From NCBI GenBank assembly GCA_017462985.1, contig JAFTQB010000014.1:26071-90070 (forward strand): a DNA stretch of 64,000 nucleotides, given 5' to 3'. Origin of the DNA: Clostridia bacterium. Lineage in GTDB: Bacteria; Bacillota; Clostridia; Christensenellales; Borkfalkiaceae. A model generated the notes under the pieces. It was not told the origin of the DNA, did no database searches, and saw only the letters and a program-made list of their open reading frames with translations. Of the stretch, positions 1 through 8,113 are shown one piece after another. The translations under genes and the position numbers were made by a program. The first letter of the stretch is position 1. Each line of letters starts with the position of its first letter.

Positions 1-1
1 T

Positions 2-151
2 ATCAACTATTCTCAAATCCAAGGCTTGCGTTTGGAAGCGCGGGAAAAATTAGACCGCGTGCGCCCGCTCAACCTCGGTCAAGCGGGCAGAATTTCCGGA
101 GTGAACCCTGCGGATATTTCCGTTTTAATGGTCTACCTCTCGACGAGATGA
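2..151 (+). CDS. mnmG: tRNA uridine 5-carboxymethylaminomethyl modification enzyme MnmG (GidA), C-terminal 49 codons only; the 5' part lies outside the window
   Basis: Frame-2 translation [49 protein letters not shown] matches the conserved MnmG C-terminus (RPxxxGQAxRISGVxPADIxxLxVYL). The stop is TGA at 149-151. Confidence 0.8.
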   Translation: MNYSQIQGLRLEAREKLDRVRPLNLGQAGRISGVNPADISVLMVYLSTR

Positions 152-179
152 CCGTTGAAAGCGTAAAAAGGAGAACGCG

Positions 180-947
180 ATGAACGGTAAAAAAATGTGG
201 CACGCGTTGGGCGTGATCGCTTTGTATTTATGCACAGCCGCCTTGACGGCTTGCCTTGGCGCATGGATTTTTTCCGCGCTCCGCGCGCCTTGGGGCGTGC
301 CGCTTGGAATAGGCGTCGCCGTTTGGGCGCTTTCTATCGTATTTTTTGCGTTGCGGGAAAAAAGTAAAGCGTTCCAGTTTTGCGCCGTGCCGCTCAACGC
401 GCTTGCAAGCGGCGTGCTGATTTCTGCGTTTATCGTAGGCAAAGCCTTGACCGTAGAGCCTGTATCATTGCTTTTGCTCGCGTGTTTTTGCGCCCTTTGC
501 TATTTATTTTTGATGGCGCTGTTAACGGTCCCGCGGCTGAGCGAAAAAATTTGGTATCAGATTGTAGCGTTCGCCGTTTGGATGACGGGCAGCGTGTTTT
601 TGTGTATTTGGCTGTATCCGCTTTTGCTCGGTAGTCTCAACCTTGCCTTGCCCGAACGGGAAACCTTCCTGCTGTTCTTTTTATTGCTTCTCGGATTTTT
701 GGCGTTCGGCTCGCTTCTCGAGGCGGAAAATTTTCCCGCTCTGCTTCTAAATCTGACCGCGCCCGCAATGATCGCGACCTGCCTGATCGGCTTGATCGTA
801 ATCGCCGTATTATCGGGTTGCGATAGCTTTGATTGCGGCGATTGCGGCGGCTGCGACGGCGGCTCGGGCGGAACGCATAACGCGAAACGGTACGGCGGTC
901 AATCGAAAATAAAAACCATGAGCGATCTAGCAAACGGCGATCGGTAA
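180..947 (+). CDS. Hypothetical polytopic membrane protein with a Cys/Gly/Asp-rich C-terminal tail
   Basis: 255-aa ORF with about 7 hydrophobic segments and the tail SGCDSFDCGDCGGCDGGSGG. It is followed by a strong hairpin terminator. I recognise no family. Confidence 0.6.
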   Translation: MNGKKMWHALGVIALYLCTAALTACLGAWIFSALRAPWGVPLGIGVAVWALSIVFFALREKSKAFQFCAVPLNALASGVLISAFIVGKALTVEPVSLLLLACFCALCYLFLMALLTVPRLSEKIWYQIVAFAVWMTGSVFLCIWLYPLLLGSLNLALPERETFLLFFLLLLGFLAFGSLLEAENFPALLLNLTAPAMIATCLIGLIVIAVLSGCDSFDCGDCGGCDGGSGGTHNAKRYGGQSKIKTMSDLANGDR

Positions 948-948
948 G

Positions 949-981
949 AAAAAATCTCACGGAAATTCCGTGAGATTTTTT
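949..981. terminator. Bidirectional intrinsic terminator between convergent genes
   Basis: AAAAAATCTCACGGAA-a-TTCCGTGAGATTTTTT: a perfect stem of about 11 bp flanked by an A-run and a T-run. Confidence 0.8.
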
Positions 982-982
982 G

Positions 983-2101
983 TTATTTTTTCATTTTCCA
1001 AGCGTCGAAGTAAGCGAGTTCCGCCGCCGACATCGGCTGCATTCCAAGCTTTTTGAAAATTTCTTCCAACGCCTGTTTTTTTGCTTCCTGCGAAAGCTCG
1101 TGGGCTTTTTCCGTTTCCTTTTTATTCTTAAAATGGAAGAATACAGCGTGCGCGATCACGTAGCCGATCCCAAGCAACATAAAACTCCAATACGCGTCCT
1201 CGTTGCCCGTCGCCATAAAAATGAACGCAAGCAAAAACGATATTCCCATGGGAATATATCTCGTCAAACGGCGCAGAAGCTTTTGTTTTTCTTTGATATC
1301 TCCACCCGCGTCTTCCTTCGGCGCTTTCGTCAAATGCACGTCGTTGTTTACGGCGTAGGCGTCCACCGCATATTTTTCGCCCTCTAGCTCGAAAGGCAAC
1401 TGATAAGCGGGTACGGTAACGTGCATTTCGCTAATCACCTCGCTTTTGCTTGAATAATCAAAATTCCGATAATGATCGCCGGGGAGCTTGCTCTTGATAT
1501 TGATTGCAACTTCCGCCGCGCCCGAAAGCAACGCGTTATCCCGATTCGTTCCCGTAGGAGCAACGGGGCGTTCGTCGCAGCCGCTTTGCGCATATTCGCT
1601 CATAATATCGCCCAAGCGATCCGCTTTGGAAAGGCAAGTTTCAAAGCGGGAGGTTTGCGAATACTCGCCCGCGTCGCTACCGCTTGCGAAATATTCCGCC
1701 ATCGGATTTACGATCATCGACGACGACCAAGCCTCTCCCTCGTCTTCTCCCGAATAAGGTTGCCAATCGGTTACGGTGCGTTCTTTGAGCACTTTCTTTT
1801 CGTAGGTTTGACCGTTTTTATACTCCTTTTCCGTCGCCCAATACTGCTCCGTTCGATCGTAGCCGATCTCCGCTTTGTATTTCAGATCGTATCGCCCTTG
1901 CATCAACAAAAATTGCCAATAGATCTCGCTCGCTTCCCCAAACTTCGCTTCCGAAATTTTTGCGGGAACGTCTACGTTTGCAAACAATTCCAAATACGCC
2001 GCCCGTTGAAACGCCGCAAGTTCGTAATTGCTTTTTAAAACAAAACAATCTATTCCCAAGCTTTCTTCCGCAATCGCATTGTTTCCCTGCACTTCACTCA
2101 T
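983..2101 (-). CDS. Hypothetical protein: a roughly 290-aa soluble N-terminal region, two C-proximal TM helices and a short charged tail
   Basis: 372-aa ORF with an AAGGAG RBS ahead of the ATG at 2101. Hydrophobic stretch IPMGISFLLAFIFMATG...FMLLGIGYVIAHAVFFHF. It is transcribed from a consensus promoter bracketed by XRE-type operators. I recognise no family. Confidence 0.65.
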   Translation of the reverse strand: MSEVQGNNAIAEESLGIDCFVLKSNYELAAFQRAAYLELFANVDVPAKISEAKFGEASEIYWQFLLMQGRYDLKYKAEIGYDRTEQYWATEKEYKNGQTYEKKVLKERTVTDWQPYSGEDEGEAWSSSMIVNPMAEYFASGSDAGEYSQTSRFETCLSKADRLGDIMSEYAQSGCDERPVAPTGTNRDNALLSGAAEVAINIKSKLPGDHYRNFDYSSKSEVISEMHVTVPAYQLPFELEGEKYAVDAYAVNNDVHLTKAPKEDAGGDIKEKQKLLRRLTRYIPMGISFLLAFIFMATGNEDAYWSFMLLGIGYVIAHAVFFHFKNKKETEKAHELSQEAKKQALEEIFKKLGMQPMSAAELAYFDAWKMKK

Positions 2102-2125
2102 AAGTCTTTCTCCTTTTGTAAATAT

Positions 2126-2141
2126 TATAGAAAATTCTATA
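2126..2141. promoter_or_regulatory. Operator copy 1: TATAGAAAATTCTATA (inverted repeat ATAGAA-N2-TTCTAT)
   Basis: Exact 16-mer repeated at 2185-2200 and 15/16 matched at 2214-2229. It covers about +1 to +16 of the minus-strand promoter. Confidence 0.65.
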
Positions 2142-2146
2142 ACCCT

Positions 2147-2175
2147 ATTATATCATCTCACTTTTTTCTTGTCAA
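2147..2175 (-). promoter_or_regulatory. Consensus sigma-70-type promoter for the 983..2101 gene
   Basis: On the minus strand, TTGACA (2175-2170), a 17-nt spacer, then TATAAT (2152-2147). The predicted TSS near 2140 falls inside operator copy 1. Confidence 0.7.
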
Positions 2176-2184
2176 TCAATTAAG

Positions 2185-2200
2185 TATAGAAAATTCTATA
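2185..2200. promoter_or_regulatory. Operator copy 2: TATAGAAAATTCTATA
   Basis: Identical to copy 1. It lies 10 bp upstream of the -35 box of the minus-strand promoter. Confidence 0.65.
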
Positions 2201-2213
2201 AATATTCATTAAA

Positions 2214-2229
2214 AATAGAAAATTCTATA
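2214..2229. promoter_or_regulatory. Operator copy 3: AATAGAAAATTCTATA, overlapping the likely XRE promoter -10
   Basis: 15/16 identical to copies 1 and 2. It overlaps TATAAT at 2228-2233, which is only 6 nt from the XRE ATG. An extra half-site ATAGAATT sits at 2232-2239. Confidence 0.6.
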
Positions 2230-2239
2230 TAATAGAATT

Positions 2240-2458
2240 ATGGAAACGGGAATGGAATTTAAGGATATACTTAGCAATTATTTAAAAGAGAACAGTTTAA
2301 CGCAAACGAAATTCGCGGCGATCGTGGGAATCAAGCAAAGCCAAGTGAGCGAATGGCTGAAAGGCAAAGCGAAGCCCGCGTACGATATTTTGCGCTTGAT
2401 TGCAAAAACGACGGGCGCGAGCGCGGATTTTTGGCTCGGTTTAACGGACGAATATTAA
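2240..2458 (+). CDS. XRE-family helix-turn-helix transcriptional regulator (72 aa)
   Basis: LTQTKFAAIVGIKQSQVSEWLKGKAKP is a classic XRE/Cro-type HTH. It is divergent from the 983..2101 gene. There is no RBS, and a -10 box abuts the ATG, so the mRNA may be leaderless. Confidence 0.85.
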   Translation: METGMEFKDILSNYLKENSLTQTKFAAIVGIKQSQVSEWLKGKAKPAYDILRLIAKTTGASADFWLGLTDEY

Positions 2459-2490
2459 AAAAGCAAGCTCCTTTTCGAGCTTGCTTTTTC
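2457..2490. terminator. Bidirectional intrinsic terminator
   Basis: AAAAAAGCAAGCTC-cttttc-GAGCTTGCTTTTTC sits between the convergent XRE gene and the 2516..3379 gene. Confidence 0.8.
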
Positions 2491-2515
2491 TTTACCAAAG
2501 ATCTGTTTTTAACGG

Positions 2516-3379
2516 TTATCGACCGATAAATATGATACAATACAGCATATACAGCGCGAGAAGAGCGCCCGCAATGCCGAGGATAATCTTCACGCCTTTC
2601 GGAAGCGGCTTTTTTTCGCCCGTCTCCCCGCGGAAGTTTTCTTCCGCAAGCTGAAAGGAAGCAAACGGATTTTTTACAAAAACGCCCGACGTTGCTTGAT
2701 CAAACGAGTTTTTGATTTTGGAAAAATCAATTTTCTCGCCTAGCTTTTTCTCTAACTTTGCAATTTCTTCTCCGTAAAACTCACGCGTATTGCCGTAGTC
2801 GTCTTTCGGCAAATATTTGGGTATCCCCGCATTCACCCTCTGTTCCGCATATTCCGTCGTGGAGGACGCGCCCGACAAATAGAAATCCGCTAAACCACCC
2901 GATCGGTTCATATTGCTGTAAATGGCGTTAAGAGCCGAATAATACGCCGTAGAACCGGGAACCTTATATCTTGGATTTAAAGGGAAATACTCCAAGCGAT
3001 CGTAATATTCCTGCAAGATCGAAAGCGTTTCTTCCGTTTTCGCCGCCAAATGCCGAACCTCGTCCGTATCGCCGAATGCGGCGATCCTGTTTTCCAATTC
3101 TTCAAGCCCTTGCAACATTTCTTGCCTTTGCGCGGCAACGCGATTATACAAGCCCTCCGCCTCTCGTAATTGTCGATCGGCTTGTTCCACCGCCGTAGCG
3201 TATTCGGGCGAGTTTCTCTGCCCCCTGCGCACTCTTTCCGCAAGAGCGGCAATCTCGCTACATTGATCAAAATGTTTTTGATAAAAGGCAAGTACCTTTT
3301 CGTCCACTTCAAACATCAGCATGCCTTCAAAGCGCGCGACGAGCAACGTTACAAGCTCTTTTTGTTGATTTTTCGTCAA
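2516..3379 (-). CDS. Hypothetical coiled-coil protein with a single C-terminal TM anchor
   Basis: The ORF track extends it to 3442. I prefer the TTG start at 3379, which follows AAGGAGG by 8 nt. The C-terminus VKIILGIAGALLALYMLYCIIFIGR is hydrophobic, and the central part is rich in heptad-like E/Q/R/L. I recognise no family. Confidence 0.55.
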   Translation of the reverse strand: MTKNQQKELVTLLVARFEGMLMFEVDEKVLAFYQKHFDQCSEIAALAERVRRGQRNSPEYATAVEQADRQLREAEGLYNRVAAQRQEMLQGLEELENRIAAFGDTDEVRHLAAKTEETLSILQEYYDRLEYFPLNPRYKVPGSTAYYSALNAIYSNMNRSGGLADFYLSGASSTTEYAEQRVNAGIPKYLPKDDYGNTREFYGEEIAKLEKKLGEKIDFSKIKNSFDQATSGVFVKNPFASFQLAEENFRGETGEKKPLPKGVKIILGIAGALLALYMLYCIIFIGR

Positions 3380-3460
3380 GGCAATATCCTCCTTAAACAA
3401 AAACCCCGTCGAACGCCACGCCAAAAAAAGCGCGCCGCTCAACGAGATTTTTCACTTTAT

Positions 3461-5563
3461 TTAGTCGTCGTATTTTTCCAAAAGCTTCAAGTCGATGCCC
3501 TTTTCGCCAATCTTGATGATTTCTACTTTCACCTTATCGCCGATATTCAACACGTCTTCCACTTGGTTGACTCTCTTTTCCGAAAGTCTGGAAATGTGCA
3601 CCATGCCGTCCTTGCCGGGAGCGATCTCTACGAACGCGCCTACCTTGGAAAGCACTCTTACGACTTCACCAACGAACATATCGCCCACTTCGGGATCGTG
3701 CGCAATCGATTGAATGATCGCTTTCGCGCGTTCTGCGTTTGCAACGTCGCCAAAGCAAGCTACGCATACCGTACCGTCGTCTTCGATATCGATCTTCGTG
3801 CCCGTTTGTTCGATGATCTTGTTGATAACCTTGCCTTGCTTGCCGACCACGTCGCCGATCTTGTCGGGGCTGATCTGGAAGGTGATGATCTTCGGAGCAT
3901 AATCGGAAAGCTTGGGAGCAACTTCGGGAATGCAGCTGAGCATCTTGCCCAAAATATGCTGACGAGCTTCTTGCGCTTGCGCGATCGCGTCGAGCATGAT
4001 CTCTTTGGAGATCCCTTTGATCTTGATATCCATTTGGATCGCCGTGATACCCTTTTCCGTACCCGCAACCTTAAAGTCCATATCGCCAAGGAAGTCTTCC
4101 AAGCCTTGGATATCCGTCATAATGACGTACTTGCCCGTTTCGGGATCTTTAATAAGACCCATTGCACAGCCTGCTACGGGCGCTTTGATGGGAACGCCTG
4201 CGTCCATGAGCGCCATCGTCGAGCCGCAAACGGAAGCCATCGAGGACGAACCGTTCGAGGACATAATATCCGATACCACGCGGATCGCGTAAGGGAATTC
4301 GTTGGGATCGGGAATGACGGGAACGAGCGCGCGTTCCGCAAGCGCGCCGTGACCGATCTCGCGGCGACCGGGGCTTCTCAATGCCTTTGCTTCGCCCGTG
4401 CAGTAGCCGGGGAAGTTGTATTGGTGCATATATCTCTTTTCTTCTTCCTCGTCAAGGCCTTCCATTCTCTGCGCTTCGCCGAGCATACCCAGCGTACAGG
4501 TGGTGAGGGCTTGCGTTTGACCTCTCGTGAAGATCGCCGAGCCGTGAACGCGGGGCAAAATGCCGTGTTCGCACCAGATAGGACGAACTTCTTTGAGTTT
4601 TCTGCCGTCGGGACGGATCTCGTGATCAAAGATCTTCGCACGAACGATTCCTTTTACGATATAGTAGATGGAATCTTTCACTTCGCGCATTTGATCGGGA
4701 TAAATTTCCGCAAAATGTTCGATGATGTCCGCTTCAGCGGCAGCTTGTCTATCCTGTCTTTCCTGACGGTCGAAGGTATCGAGCGCCGCCACCAATTTAT
4801 CGTAGCCGTACGCTTTTACAGCCGCGTCGAGTTCTTCGGGAATATGGTAAAGCTCCATTTCTTTCTTGGGCTTGCCAACAACTTTTGCGATCTCTTCTAC
4901 GAACGCGCAAACCTTTTTGATCTCTTCATGACCGTACATGATCGCGCCAACCATTTCTTCGTCCGTTACTTCCTTTGCGCCCGCTTCGATCATCAAGATC
5001 GCGTCTTTCGTGCCCGCCAAGGAAAGGTGAATGGTGCTTTGTTCTTTTTGCGCAACCGTGGGGTTGATGATATATTCGCCGTCGATACAGCCCACGATCA
5101 CCGAACCCGTGGGGCCTGCCCAAGGAATATCGGAGATGGAGAGCGCAACGGACGAACCGATCATTGCGATGGGTTCGGGCGCGATATCGGGATCAACGGA
5201 AAGCGCGGTGGCTACCACCACGACGTCGTTGAAAACTCCCTTCGGGAACAGGGGGCGAATGGGACGGTCGATCAAACGGCTGACCAAGATCGCCTTATCC
5301 GAAGCTCTGCCCTCTCTCTTTTTGAAACCGCCGGGGATTTTACCCACAGCGAACATTTTTTCTTCATAATCAACGGAAAGAGGGAAGAAATCCATTCCTT
5401 CTCTGGGCTTTTCCGCCATACAAACGGTAACGTTCACCACCGTATCGCCACAGCGCACCAAGCACGCGCCGTTTGCCTGTTCGGCATACTTGCCGATTTC
5501 CACCACAAGCTCTCTGCCTGCGTAATCAGTCTTAAAGACTTTTGCGTTTTCTAAATTTGGCAT
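3461..5563 (-). CDS. pnp: Polyribonucleotide nucleotidyltransferase (PNPase)
   Basis: 700 aa with two RNase PH-like halves, a KH domain and an S1 tail (GDMFVGEVVRVLSKVGAFVEIAPGKDGMVHISRLS). rpsO lies upstream as in the canonical operon. Confidence 0.97.
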   Translation of the reverse strand: MPNLENAKVFKTDYAGRELVVEIGKYAEQANGACLVRCGDTVVNVTVCMAEKPREGMDFFPLSVDYEEKMFAVGKIPGGFKKREGRASDKAILVSRLIDRPIRPLFPKGVFNDVVVVATALSVDPDIAPEPIAMIGSSVALSISDIPWAGPTGSVIVGCIDGEYIINPTVAQKEQSTIHLSLAGTKDAILMIEAGAKEVTDEEMVGAIMYGHEEIKKVCAFVEEIAKVVGKPKKEMELYHIPEELDAAVKAYGYDKLVAALDTFDRQERQDRQAAAEADIIEHFAEIYPDQMREVKDSIYYIVKGIVRAKIFDHEIRPDGRKLKEVRPIWCEHGILPRVHGSAIFTRGQTQALTTCTLGMLGEAQRMEGLDEEEEKRYMHQYNFPGYCTGEAKALRSPGRREIGHGALAERALVPVIPDPNEFPYAIRVVSDIMSSNGSSSMASVCGSTMALMDAGVPIKAPVAGCAMGLIKDPETGKYVIMTDIQGLEDFLGDMDFKVAGTEKGITAIQMDIKIKGISKEIMLDAIAQAQEARQHILGKMLSCIPEVAPKLSDYAPKIITFQISPDKIGDVVGKQGKVINKIIEQTGTKIDIEDDGTVCVACFGDVANAERAKAIIQSIAHDPEVGDMFVGEVVRVLSKVGAFVEIAPGKDGMVHISRLSEKRVNQVEDVLNIGDKVKVEIIKIGEKGIDLKLLEKYDD

Positions 5564-5731
5564 TTCGTTTTTTTCTCCTTGTCAATTCTTTTTTGTTCTT
5601 GTCCTTCATTATCGCCCGATAAGGAAGGGTTTATCCGATATAGCTTCCGCTTTTTCCCGATGCCGCGAGAAAAACTTTCCGTATATCGACAAAAAAGAGC
5701 GAGTGAAAAATACCCGCCCTTTTATGCTGCC

Positions 5732-5986
5732 TTATTTTCTCAATCCCAATTTTTCGATAATCGCTCTGTATCTCATGATGTCTTTTTCTTTCAAGTAGTC
5801 CAAAAGACCGCGGCGTTTACCTACCATCTTCAAAAGACCGCGGCGGGAATGGTTGTCCTGCTTGTGGGTCTTAAGGTGTTCGTTGAGGTGGTTGATTCTT
5901 TGCGTCAAAAGCGCAATTTGAACTTCGGGAGATCCCGTATCACCTTCGTGGGTCGCATAAGTTGCAATGATTTCATTCTTTTCCAT
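5732..5986 (-). CDS. rpsO: 30S ribosomal protein S15
   Basis: 84 aa: [51 protein letters not shown]. Confidence 0.97.
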   Translation of the reverse strand: MEKNEIIATYATHEGDTGSPEVQIALLTQRINHLNEHLKTHKQDNHSRRGLLKMVGKRRGLLDYLKEKDIMRYRAIIEKLGLRK

Positions 5987-6103
5987 TTCTTTTTATCCTC
6001 CTATGGAACGTATCTCGTACTGCAAAGTAATGCGTGGAGAATCGTCATTCCTTGCAGCCGTTACCATTATAATACCATAATCTTTCAAGAAAGTAAACCG
6101 TTT

Positions 6104-7477
6104 TTACTCACTTTTGCCAAAAAATTTCAAACGATTTTCGATCGTTTCGTCCACCTTTTCCATATACGTGCGTAAATCCTTTTGCGAGGCGAACCGTTCG
6201 ATGCGCGCGCCGCCCGAAAACACCCGCTTGGAAACGGCGTTTGCGCCTACGGCGATATTGTCCGTCGTTTCTTCCATTACGTCCACGTTATATACGCACG
6301 CCTTGCCCGCTTTCGTCCAGCCCACGTTTTCGTGATTGCCCGCTTGGTATTTCTGGCGGTACATATAATACGGCTGATAGCCCGCAGAAGATAAAATCTC
6401 CCGCGAAGCCGCCACCATGTCCGCAACGAAATCGTTTTCGATATAAGAAAGCTCCTCTTTCATTTTCGCGCCCGATTTTAAGGATAAACAATGCACGGTG
6501 ATATTGTCCGCTCCCGTTTGCACAGCCTTTTTTACGCCGTCGATAAAGGTTTCCGTCCTTTCGTCCGTCAACCCTGCGATCAGATCGAGATTGATGATAA
6601 ACCCGTATTTTTCCGATAATTCAAACGCGCGGTAGATATCCTCCACCGTATGCTTTCTGCCGATCTTTTCCAGCGTTTCATTGGAAAAGGTTTGCGGATT
6701 GATACAAATTCTCGTAACGCCGTAGTCTTTGAGCATCTGCAATTTTCCGTCCGTGAACACGTCGGGGCGCCCCGCTTCCACCGTATATTCCACGCCGCCT
6801 TTGATCAGGGGCGCCGTCGCTTTCAAAACGCGCTCCAAATCGGTTTCGTTCAATACGAACGGCGTGCCGCCGCCGATATACGCGCTTCGAAGCGAGCCGC
6901 AGAGCGGTTGCACGGAAGCAAGCTCCTTTTCCAAGCATTGCAAATACCCGTCTAAAAAATGCTGCGTTTTCTCAATGGGCGCGGTGATGAAGGAACAATA
7001 GGCGCACTTCGTAGGGCAAAAGGGAATCGACACGAAAAGATCCGCGCCGAACGCCTTTGAATAAATTCCCTCTTGCGCTTTTAAAATATCTTCCACAAGG
7101 CGGATATTTTCCTTGGATACCTGCATCTTTTCAAACAGTTCGCGGAAATCCTTTCCCGATTGCAGTTCCGTATAAGCAAGCTTCGTCGGCCGTATCCCCG
7201 TCAGCGCGCCCCAAGGCATTTTTTCGCCGTATTTTTCCGATAAAATACGGTACAGGGCAAGCTTGGCAAAACGGCGTTCCAAGCGTTTATAGATAATTTC
7301 GTCGCATACCTGCCCCTCGTCTTTAAAAGCGTAGACTTCGCCCTCTACCGTAAAATCATTATAAAACACTCCGTCTGAAAATCGAAAAGAGTGCAAAATA
7401 GAAGTCGGGCGATTTTTAAACATTCGCACGACGTCCATCAATTCGTTTTCTAAAAATTTGCAATCGGTAGTAAGCAT
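6104..7477 (-). CDS. hemZ: HemN/HemZ-like radical SAM protein (coproporphyrinogen dehydrogenase family)
   Basis: CPTKCAYCSF radical-SAM CxxxCxxC motif, GGGTP, and HemN-like length and architecture. Confidence 0.8.
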   Translation of the reverse strand: MLTTDCKFLENELMDVVRMFKNRPTSILHSFRFSDGVFYNDFTVEGEVYAFKDEGQVCDEIIYKRLERRFAKLALYRILSEKYGEKMPWGALTGIRPTKLAYTELQSGKDFRELFEKMQVSKENIRLVEDILKAQEGIYSKAFGADLFVSIPFCPTKCAYCSFITAPIEKTQHFLDGYLQCLEKELASVQPLCGSLRSAYIGGGTPFVLNETDLERVLKATAPLIKGGVEYTVEAGRPDVFTDGKLQMLKDYGVTRICINPQTFSNETLEKIGRKHTVEDIYRAFELSEKYGFIINLDLIAGLTDERTETFIDGVKKAVQTGADNITVHCLSLKSGAKMKEELSYIENDFVADMVAASREILSSAGYQPYYMYRQKYQAGNHENVGWTKAGKACVYNVDVMEETTDNIAVGANAVSKRVFSGGARIERFASQKDLRTYMEKVDETIENRLKFFGKSE

Positions 7478-7480
7478 GAT

Positions 7481-8098
7481 CTACTCCGCTAAAAACATAT
7501 TGTATTTGCGTTCCCTGTTCAGCGTGGTATCCTCGCCGTGCCCCGCAAAGATCTGCCAATCTCCCTCTAAGGATTTCAAGCGCAATAGGCTTTGGCGTAT
7601 CTGCGCAGCCGAGCCAGTGGGAAAATCCGTTCTGCCAATGCTATCCTCAAACAGCGTATCGCCCGAAAACAGCCATTTTTCTTCGCCGTTTTCCACCAAA
7701 TACCCCGCGCTGCCCGCCGTATGCCCAGGCAACGACATCGCCGTAAACCGCAAGCCCGCAAGCGTAAATTCTTCGCCGTTTTTCACCGTTCGCTCCACGG
7801 TATACGCCGTCCTCGGCGCGCCGAATAGTTCGAAAAGATCCGCGCGCGTACCCACGAGCGGAAGCTCAAGATCCAAACACACCACCTTTGCACCCTGCTT
7901 TTGCAGCGCCGAAACGCCAAAGACGTGATCGAAATGACAATGCGTTAACAGCACGAACGCAGGCGTCAACCCCCGTGCAGAAAGCTCGCGCGAGACATGC
8001 TCTCCCGACGGGTCGATCACGACGGCGGTTTTTTCGTCCGCCGTCAAAAGATAAGTGTTTGCCCCAAAGCCTTTGGGATAGATTTTATATTTTTTCAC
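7481..8098 (-). CDS. MBL-fold metallo-hydrolase
   Basis: THCHFDH metal-binding motif, later PGHTAGS; 205 aa. Confidence 0.85.
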   Translation of the reverse strand: MKKYKIYPKGFGANTYLLTADEKTAVVIDPSGEHVSRELSARGLTPAFVLLTHCHFDHVFGVSALQKQGAKVVCLDLELPLVGTRADLFELFGAPRTAYTVERTVKNGEEFTLAGLRFTAMSLPGHTAGSAGYLVENGEEKWLFSGDTLFEDSIGRTDFPTGSAAQIRQSLLRLKSLEGDWQIFAGHGEDTTLNRERKYNMFLAE

Positions 8099-8113
8099 CG
8101 ACGCCGCGCTCCT

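Noticed and set aside
3170-5554. 794-aa ORF on the plus strand covering the whole pnp locus
   Set aside because: It is antisense to an unmistakable PNPase gene. The translation is Arg/His/Phe-rich low-complexity sequence typical of shadow ORFs in codon-biased genes, with no RBS or recognisable motif.
5564-5731. Possible structured pnp leader or RNase III autoregulatory hairpin between rpsO and pnp
   Set aside because: This is expected from E. coli biology, but I could not identify a convincing long stem by eye in this stretch, so I do not report a feature.
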